The position numbers and the translations under genes are program-made. A stretch of DNA of 64,000 nucleotides from contig CAZJNI010000003.1 in assembly GCA_964547465.1 (NCBI GenBank), positions 21,334-85,333 of the forward strand, given 5' to 3'. This DNA comes from an uncultured Gammaproteobacteria bacterium (GTDB taxonomy: Bacteria > Patescibacteriota > Microgenomatia > Daviesbacterales > UBA10151). How positions within the stretch are numbered: the first letter of the stretch is position 1; every line of letters starts with the position of its first letter. Below the pieces are notes generated by a model. It did no database searches and was not told where the DNA came from. It worked only from the letters and a program-made list of their open reading frames with translations. Shown here piece after piece: positions 1 through 6,852 of this stretch.

Positions 1-201
1 GGCCCTCAAATAAAACTAATGGTGGCTGGTTCAGGCAGGGCAGATAAAAACCAGGTGCATGATGGGGTAAGAAAATTTTTAGGCACAGCAGCTAAAAGAA
101 GGAATAAACTGAAAGTTACCTGGAAAGGCGGGCATTTGGATGATGCCACAGATGCTTTGGCAATAGCAATATGTCATGTACTGAAGCTGGTAGCAAAGTG
201 A
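1..201 (+). CDS. ruvC: Holliday junction resolvase RuvC, 3' part (runs off the window start)
   Basis: Frame open from base 1; RuvC C-terminal motifs 'IKLMVAGSGRADKNQV' and 'DDATDALAIAICH'. Confidence 0.9.
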   Translation, partial: GPQIKLMVAGSGRADKNQVHDGVRKFLGTAAKRRNKLKVTWKGGHLDDATDALAIAICHVLKLVAK

Positions 202-258
202 GTGTATCAAGTATCATGTATCAGGTAACATGACACATGACACTTGATCCTTGACACA
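202..258. repeat. Inverted pair of heptamer arrays (TATCAAG/TATCATG/TATCAGG then CATGACA/CTTGATC/CTTGACA)
   Basis: 7-nt periodicity visible; the second arm is roughly the reverse complement of the first. Confidence 0.75.
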
Positions 259-261
259 TTT

Positions 262-1041
262 ATGATTGATTTAACTAAACGTCAGAAAATAATAATCACC
301 TCGATCTTATTAACTATAGGACTTATTTCAACACAGCTTGTTGATTTTAATTTAAGATTTAAATTCATAGCAGGATTAGCCGTTCTTTCTTACTTTCTCT
401 CTCTCTGGGCTCTTTGGGAAGGCTTAAATTTAACAAAAGCTCTGGTTTTAACAATATTACCGGTTGCTTATACTCTGGCTGTTACTTCATTTTACTTTCT
501 TTTACCAATCAGATGGCTAACCAGGCTGCCTGTGGCATCTATTTTTGGCTTAACCTTCTATTTGCTGCTTCTTTCCCAAAATGTTTTTAATGTGGCCTCA
601 ATAAGAACAATTCCACTGTATCGGGCTGCATCAACTGCCACCTTTTTGTTTACTCTTTTGTCAGCCTTCTTTATATATAATGTAGTTTATGCTTTTAATT
701 TACTGTTCCTTTGGAACGGAATAGTAGTTTTTCTGATTAGTTTTCCTTTAATTTTACAAGTACTCTGGTCCCTTAAAATGGAAGATAAGGTTTCTACTTC
801 TGTATTGATCCAAAGTTTTATCTTGAGCCTTTTAATGGGGGAATTTGCCTTTAGTTTTTCATTTTGGCCCATTCGTACAACTATCTGGTCTTTGTCTTTA
901 TCTTCTGCCATGTATATTATTTTAGGCCTGACAACTCAAGTTTTAAGAGGTAGAGAAAGTAGGAGAGTGGTATGGGAGTATGTGGGGATTGGAGCAGTGG
1001 TTTTCATTATAAGTTTTGTATTAACTTCATGGGTAGGATAA
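262..1041 (+). CDS. Multi-pass membrane protein (CPR-type, DUF5656-like)
   Basis: About 9 hydrophobic segments; ATG at 262 (MIDLTKRQK) preferred over TTG at 244, which lies inside the repeat. Confidence 0.7.
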   Translation: MIDLTKRQKIIITSILLTIGLISTQLVDFNLRFKFIAGLAVLSYFLSLWALWEGLNLTKALVLTILPVAYTLAVTSFYFLLPIRWLTRLPVASIFGLTFYLLLLSQNVFNVASIRTIPLYRAASTATFLFTLLSAFFIYNVVYAFNLLFLWNGIVVFLISFPLILQVLWSLKMEDKVSTSVLIQSFILSLLMGEFAFSFSFWPIRTTIWSLSLSSAMYIILGLTTQVLRGRESRRVVWEYVGIGAVVFIISFVLTSWVG

Positions 1042-1409
1042 ATAAATAAAATTTCTAATTTCTAATTTCAAATTTTAAAACAGAAAATAGAGGAGTGGGT
1101 TATAAAAAGCAACTAAGCGTGAAAAAAAATATGGGATTTCGTGAAAAGAATGGATGATGTAGAATGATATAGTTACTAAGCACGAATGTGGAAAACTATA
1201 AGTCTCTCTGTGCCTGTACTGTCATCCTACACATATGATTGCTAATTTAGTTCTTACATAAAATACCCGAAATGTCTTAATAGGAGGGGTCCTCCTTATC
1301 CTGTGGTTGTAATGAATTGCAGTGTAGAGTTATACACCTGCATTAATTACCAGGAAAAGTAACCAGTTAGCTCTTTCTTCTCTATTTAGTTGTCTTCCCT
1401 ATAGCTGTG

Positions 1410-1437
1410 ATGTCGTACAATGTATCTTATGCGATGT
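1410..1437. other. dif-like Xer recombination site ATGTCGTACAA-TGTATC-TTATGCGATGT
   Basis: 11-6-11 layout, near-symmetric arms, spacer and inner arms resemble E. coli dif (GCATAA-TGTATA-TTATG); lies in a long non-coding gap. Confidence 0.6.
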
Positions 1438-1773
1438 CAAAGAAGGGCTTTTCTGGAGGAGTGGTTCTGGATTAGTAAAAAATTAATGTACTAAATACAT
1501 GGATTTTTAGCTACATTTTCTTGTACCTAATTCTTTATATTTCCCACCGATTTTTTTGTGTTTCTCTAGACTCTAGATTCTAGCGATTAATTTCTAGCTT
1601 TAGGGCTTCCTAGTAACCTAATCTGAATGACGGTAGATAGCAACCCTCCCCTGACAAGCCGTTTTTAGGGCATTGTAGGGCTTCAACCTAATAGGGTTTT
1701 TATCGAAGCTAGTCTGTCTGGTTACCTTCGTCAAATGGTAAAATTGATTCTGCTAATTTTCTTCTTTTGTTAG

Positions 1774-1873
1774 CCCTTGTCAAAAATTGTCATTTAGACA
1801 ATTTTTGCAAGTGGATCTCCTTTGCAAAAAATAATTCTGAAAGATTTTAATTATTTTTTGCTGCAGTCCGATT
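1774..1873. repeat. Double-hairpin dispersed element, copy 1
   Basis: Homologous to 63264-63360; two perfect stems plus conserved linkers CCCTTGT, GATCTCCTT, CAGTCCGATT. Confidence 0.85.
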
Positions 1874-1923
1874 GTCGGACAATATTAGTTGTTTTCTTTC
1901 ATTCAAAATGTATAATTAGTGAT

Positions 1924-2631
1924 ATGGAGGATAAGCCAGCCAATGAGAAAATTTATACATTCAAAGATATAGGTTATTTCAGGCTTACTCCCCGATCTGC
2001 TGAAAACTATTATGAAATTTTTGCTTTCAGTCCCAAAGATTTAAAACCAAATGCCATTGTTTTGGATGCAGGTTCAGGAACAGAACAGGAGTTTGCCAAG
2101 AGTTTAGCAACCTCAAGGCCAGATATAAGGGTAATTTCCTTAGATCCAAGTTTAGCGCTACCTTCAGATGATGAAGCCTTAAAGGAGATGGGTATCAGTT
2201 ATGATATTATCCCTCTAAAATCTCCAAATAAACCAGATGAGAAAACTACTCAACAAGACAGAGAACAAAGAGTAAAAAATAAGTTTGGAGAAGTTGTAGC
2301 AGCCATTGCTCCTCATTTGCCTTTTAAAGACCAGACTTTTGATTATATCTTTGATAATCACGGGCCATTTATGTATTTTTCTCCGGATAAGAATGAATTA
2401 GAAAGATATGTAGCAGAACTTCTAAGAATAACAAAGCCTGGAGGTAACATAGATATATATCCGCTGGATACTTATTCTGAAGCTTTAATGAATAATAGAC
2501 AGAAGCTGAAGAATAGCCGTCAGCGTATTCAAGATATCATGCAAGATTTAGGGATGAATAATTTTAATGTATTTACAGCTCCTGATTTTGGTAGGATTAA
2601 TCGTCTAGGAATAAAAATTACTAAAGTTTAG
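1924..2631 (+). CDS. Class I SAM-dependent methyltransferase
   Basis: 'VLDAGSG' motif I, 'LPFKDQTFDYI', 'LRITKPGG'; ATG at 1924 follows TATAAT (1911-1916); the ORF-track extension to 1822 reads through the repeat. Confidence 0.8.
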   Translation: MEDKPANEKIYTFKDIGYFRLTPRSAENYYEIFAFSPKDLKPNAIVLDAGSGTEQEFAKSLATSRPDIRVISLDPSLALPSDDEALKEMGISYDIIPLKSPNKPDEKTTQQDREQRVKNKFGEVVAAIAPHLPFKDQTFDYIFDNHGPFMYFSPDKNELERYVAELLRITKPGGNIDIYPLDTYSEALMNNRQKLKNSRQRIQDIMQDLGMNNFNVFTAPDFGRINRLGIKITKV

Positions 2632-2633
2632 GT

Positions 2634-2879
2634 TCATTTAACTGCCAGGATTAATTTATTTAAAAGCTCACTGTTTTTGGAAAGACAATCTTTATATTGG
2701 CCTTGATAATAATCAAAAGCATTAACTGGTGTTAGCCTTAATGTGGCTTTGGCAGAGCTTTCTGCACACTGCTCCCCTATCTTGATGGGTTGCAAGATTT
2801 GGAAATAGAAAAGTATAAATAAAGAAAGTAAACCTATATAGATTAAATTCGCTACGTTCAAACGGGTTAATTTGTACAT
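2634..2879 (-). CDS. Small single-TM hypothetical protein
   Basis: N-terminal hydrophobic helix followed by a short C...C segment. Confidence 0.55.
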   Translation of the reverse strand: MYKLTRLNVANLIYIGLLSLFILFYFQILQPIKIGEQCAESSAKATLRLTPVNAFDYYQGQYKDCLSKNSELLNKLILAVK

Positions 2880-2975
2880 GACGGCGAATAGTATCAGAAA
2901 GTACTATAAAAGTCAACTATAGGTCGGATTATGTATTTATAACGATAATTTATAACGATATGGGATCGGAATAGA

Positions 2976-3257
2976 TATATAGCTGAAAATAAAATTAAAA
3001 TAGAATATCCATTAATAGGATTTGAGGTTGATGTCATAGATGAAGATCTGTGCTTTCCAACTGAGTGTGGAGATACAAATGCCTTTAAATTAGAAAAGTA
3101 CCTTTCTCTTCCCAATACTAAGAAGATGTTGATTCTTCCTTACCCTCATTCTGAAGATATAAAAGTCTTTGAGTTTGTCGCCAATCCTAAATTTTTTGAT
3201 TACATTAAACACAAACAAAATTTCCTAAATCAAAAAAACGCTAAATTGCGGAAATAA
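2976..3257 (+). pseudogene. 5'-truncated gene remnant with PD-(D/E)xK-like motif
   Basis: Stop-free frame 'KIKIEYPLIGFEVDVIDEDLCFPTECGDTNAFKLEKYL...KLRK*' with no start codon at its 5' end; begins at a palindromic element (2953-2974). Confidence 0.55.
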
Positions 3258-3307
3258 AATTCGTTGTCGCACAATATATAAAGTTGAATTAGAATTGTTA
3301 TTAAGTT

Positions 3308-4066
3308 ATGCTCAAGTTTATGGAAGTCCAAGGCAAGCAACCCCCGTACCCGGATTTAAGTGATAACGATAGAGTTGGGTTATTAGATAGTTTAGTTCTT
3401 CCTCCCCTTTTAGCAGCTGGCAGGCCAGTTTTGGATGTTGAAGAGTTACCCGGTTATAGATCCTATATTCTTAAGTCTCATACCCCACAAGATCAGCAGG
3501 TTTATGATTATGTAGCTAAAGCTGCAAGATTATTACAGAAGGGTTACAAACGATTTGCTCAAAGTTATATTGCAGAACACCCAGAAATTTTAAATTATGC
3601 TTCAAAGATTCATCTTCAGCCTCAACCTGCTGATATTCCTCAAGCAGTTAGCAGTTTAGTCGCACTTTTGTCTGAAGAAGGAGGAGTAGCTGATAAAATT
3701 TCAGGATTTAAGATAAATACTAGAGGGGTTTATCTTAAATTTGAATCAGACCAACCTTACGTAGTGGTATATCTTCAGAAAGGAACTTCTTTAGAAGAGA
3801 TTGTTCCTTTTTTTGTTAAAGAATTTGCTGATTTTGAACAAACATCAAGACCACTTAGATTTAATCAAAAATATGGGCCAATTGTTTATGGAGCTTTTGG
3901 GGATGGGCGTTTTAAACAAATGTACCTTGACCGTTTTGGTTTACTTGACGAGTATTATGACCAGGCTACAAATCATTCTTTCCCTAGAAGTGATATTCCA
4001 AAGCCAAAAGAATCGTTTGCTGAGAGAATTGTAAGAAGAACTGTAGAAAGACTTATCAAAACTTGA
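3308..4066 (+). CDS. Hypothetical protein (start may be 3320)
   Basis: 252-aa ORF with protein-like composition, no recognised family. Confidence 0.7.
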   Translation: MLKFMEVQGKQPPYPDLSDNDRVGLLDSLVLPPLLAAGRPVLDVEELPGYRSYILKSHTPQDQQVYDYVAKAARLLQKGYKRFAQSYIAEHPEILNYASKIHLQPQPADIPQAVSSLVALLSEEGGVADKISGFKINTRGVYLKFESDQPYVVVYLQKGTSLEEIVPFFVKEFADFEQTSRPLRFNQKYGPIVYGAFGDGRFKQMYLDRFGLLDEYYDQATNHSFPRSDIPKPKESFAERIVRRTVERLIKT

Positions 4067-4112
4067 CAATGCTTATACATTGTGGGTTTAATGAGATCAG
4101 AGCAGAATTTAA

Positions 4113-6536
4113 ATGCGCTTTTTAAAAAAATTATCTGGGCTTAATCAGAGTGGTATTATACATCTTATTCCCCTGCTGGTTATTTTGCTTGGAATTATTG
4201 GAGGGGTTTATTTAGTTCAGCATCCCCAGATTTTTAAACCAAAAGCTGCAGGTGAAAGTGTGGAGTTTTTGGATGGAAATTGCGTCAAAGTAAAAGACGG
4301 CAAGAAAGTTTTAGTCTGCGACCAGTTCCAAATGAGGATCAGATCCCCTTTAGAAACCGGCCAAACAACAGACACAGGTCCTAACATGAGTTTGGTAAAA
4401 ACAGCTTATGCAGATGATCCAGAAGTTAAGAAGATCCAATACTGTGGTACTGATTGGCTTGCAGGTGCATTAAGTACAAATAGTTTTAATACTGTATATG
4501 CTGAAGATGGGTCAAGATTAGTTACTTGTCTTCCGGTGCTTCAAGAATGTAGAGAATATAATCAAACAGCAAATGAAATAACAGCAAAGTGTTTTTTGAG
4601 ATGGGAAAGTACTCCAACTTATACTTCTACAGTTTCTGATCCGACAAAAGGTGCAGATCAGCAGCCTGCTGGTAGTCAAGTCCCCGCAACCCAAACCAAA
4701 CCTGTTAATATTTCACCAAAAGGTGATGTTGAAATACTTGAAGAAAAAGAATATATTGATTTTTATTGGGCTAGTCCTGCTAGACTGAATGTAAGTACAT
4801 ATAGGTTTATGGTTACCTCTACTGAAGATAATCGTAAAGTGGGAAATGAAACTAATTGCCCCGCCAACTTTATAGGTAATTATCGTCATTGCAGCCAAAA
4901 CCTCCCTGAACTTGAAAATAATGGAAAGAACCTTAAAGGAGGCATTGTGGGGGTATCTTCCTGGTGGGAAGATGGAGCAACTTATACTTGGTGGGTAGAT
5001 GCTTTGGATGAAAATGGGAATAAAATTGGTACAAGTGATGGTTTTCAATTTACAGTTCATAAAAAAGTTGCTGCAGAAGGTGGAGCTGGAACAACTGGTG
5101 TAGGTGCTACCAGTCCAGGAGAGGCTATCAAGATTGCTCCATCTGGCAAACCCGGATCTTCTTCATCTGCTTGTCCTCCTGGTAGTGATAAGAAAGCAAC
5201 TTACGGGCAATGTGGTGGAGAAATAGGATTGGAAGGTAAAGACCCTACTCATGAATTTGAAGTTACAGAAGTTAAAGATTGTCGTGGTAATCCAAAACCC
5301 TATCTGGTAAAAGATAATGGTGTATCTTCCAGATGTCCGCGAGGAGGTACTCCTGCAACGGGTGCACTTCCGGAGAAAGCCACGGTAAACACTTGTAAAG
5401 GAGTTAAAACCTGGGATCAAATTGACGCAGAACTTAAAGGTGCAAATTATGATGGAGCCTTTAATCATTCAGGAGAAGAGTTGGGAGCATATAACAGAAC
5501 TGCTTGTCCCAGGGCAGAAGGTGGTGGAACTCCTATTCCCGGCTCTTCACCTGTAAGTACTGCCCGGCCAACAAGAGTTACCATTAAATATAGATTGGCC
5601 TTAAATCCCATTGATTTGGAAAAAGCTACCTGGTATGACTATACTGTTGGAGGGGTAACTGTTAATGTACCTTCCCCGCAGTTTACCCTGGGTAATCCAA
5701 GGTTGAATACAACTCAATCCATCCATGTTCAATTTATGGACGATCAACTGCAACCAATCAAATTCAGCACCGGTGAAGATTTTACAATTTCCTATATAGA
5801 CTTTGTGGATTGTGCATCTGTCCCGGGTGCTAACTGCGGTGCCTCTAATCCATCTGCAGTAGTACCTCCTGTTGATAATTCCGACAGTAGTAACAGCAAT
5901 ACTGGTTGTCCTTTCACAACTTATTCAAACTATGATATCTTAACGCTAAAACAAAAATGCAGTCTTTTGGAACTTTCAAGATTGCCTTTTTCGGCTTTGA
6001 AAGACTTTAGTAATCAGGATCTTTTAGATATCGCCAGGAACATAGATGGAGTAGACGGACCATATCAATTCCTTTCACAATTTGATAATGTGAGATTAGC
6101 CAGCTTTGATTTGGAAGTTTTGAAAAAATTAACTAAAGATAGATTTATTCAATTGCCGGAAAATCTGCAAAATGCAATTAAAGGAACTGATTCCCAAACT
6201 TCCGAGCAGGCAAGCTGTCAGAGTATTTCTCTGTCTGGAGCTGCTGTTTATTATGCTACAGTCAAATTTAGGGGTCAACCACAGACTGTAAAAATTTGGC
6301 TGGCCTCAAATCTTGAAATAGACAAACCCGCAAGTGAAGTACAAAGCTGGACGATAGTTAACACACTGTCTAATCCAGCAAGCGGTTCATTTTACCCGAT
6401 TGATATTCCACAGGGTTTTACCAGGGGTCAGCATGCAGTTTTAATGAGTTTGTATGGTTCCTATGGTCAGATGCTGGATGGAAACCCTAATGATGTAGTT
6501 AATCCTAGCTGTGCAACTACAGTTACCATTAAGTGA
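4113..6536 (+). CDS. Large Cys-rich surface protein with pilin-like (class III) N-terminus
   Basis: 'NQSG|IIHLIPLLVILLGIIGGVYLVQHPQIFKPKAA'; many paired Cys, G/S/T/P linkers. Confidence 0.8.
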   Translation: MRFLKKLSGLNQSGIIHLIPLLVILLGIIGGVYLVQHPQIFKPKAAGESVEFLDGNCVKVKDGKKVLVCDQFQMRIRSPLETGQTTDTGPNMSLVKTAYADDPEVKKIQYCGTDWLAGALSTNSFNTVYAEDGSRLVTCLPVLQECREYNQTANEITAKCFLRWESTPTYTSTVSDPTKGADQQPAGSQVPATQTKPVNISPKGDVEILEEKEYIDFYWASPARLNVSTYRFMVTSTEDNRKVGNETNCPANFIGNYRHCSQNLPELENNGKNLKGGIVGVSSWWEDGATYTWWVDALDENGNKIGTSDGFQFTVHKKVAAEGGAGTTGVGATSPGEAIKIAPSGKPGSSSSACPPGSDKKATYGQCGGEIGLEGKDPTHEFEVTEVKDCRGNPKPYLVKDNGVSSRCPRGGTPATGALPEKATVNTCKGVKTWDQIDAELKGANYDGAFNHSGEELGAYNRTACPRAEGGGTPIPGSSPVSTARPTRVTIKYRLALNPIDLEKATWYDYTVGGVTVNVPSPQFTLGNPRLNTTQSIHVQFMDDQLQPIKFSTGEDFTISYIDFVDCASVPGANCGASNPSAVVPPVDNSDSSNSNTGCPFTTYSNYDILTLKQKCSLLELSRLPFSALKDFSNQDLLDIARNIDGVDGPYQFLSQFDNVRLASFDLEVLKKLTKDRFIQLPENLQNAIKGTDSQTSEQASCQSISLSGAAVYYATVKFRGQPQTVKIWLASNLEIDKPASEVQSWTIVNTLSNPASGSFYPIDIPQGFTRGQHAVLMSLYGSYGQMLDGNPNDVVNPSCATTVTIK

Positions 6537-6579
6537 TTTTTCTTGACAACCGATCTTAAATTGTTCTAAGCTAGATTTA

Positions 6580-6852
6580 ATGGATAATTATTTCCAGGGC
6601 GTGGAAGAAAAATTGTTTTCCAAGAAAAATATTATTACTTATTTAATGCTGGCAATTGTGGCTTTGGCTATTCCTTTGGGGGTAAAGCTTGTCCAGACCC
6701 AGCAGACCTTAAAATCCCGGGCAGCAACAGGAAATGAAATTAAATTTGTTCCAAAAACAGGTGAACTGGAATGCACCTCTGATAGGTGTACTACTACTAA
6801 GCCGGAAGTACAGGTAGAAATTCAAGCGCCGGCAGATAGTGAATTTAAATAA
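6580..6852 (+). CDS. Small membrane-anchored surface protein
   Basis: TM helix plus 'LVQTQQTLKSRAA'; TTGACA-18-TAAGCT promoter 7 nt before the ATG. Confidence 0.75.
   Translation: MDNYFQGVEEKLFSKKNIITYLMLAIVALAIPLGVKLVQTQQTLKSRAATGNEIKFVPKTGELECTSDRCTTTKPEVQVEIQAPADSEFK

Noticed and set aside
1042-1923. Long intergenic gap as oriC
   Set aside because: Only one or two imperfect DnaA-box-like matches, no dnaA/dnaN nearby, and a dif-like site argues against it.
2921-2948. AGGTCGGATTA-TGTATT-TATAACGATAA as another dif-like site
   Set aside because: Too many mismatches in both arms and overlaps the palindrome-associated duplication; not supportable by eye.
2894-3115. 73-aa minus-strand ORF
   Set aside because: Antisense to the more protein-like plus-strand remnant and runs through a repeat.
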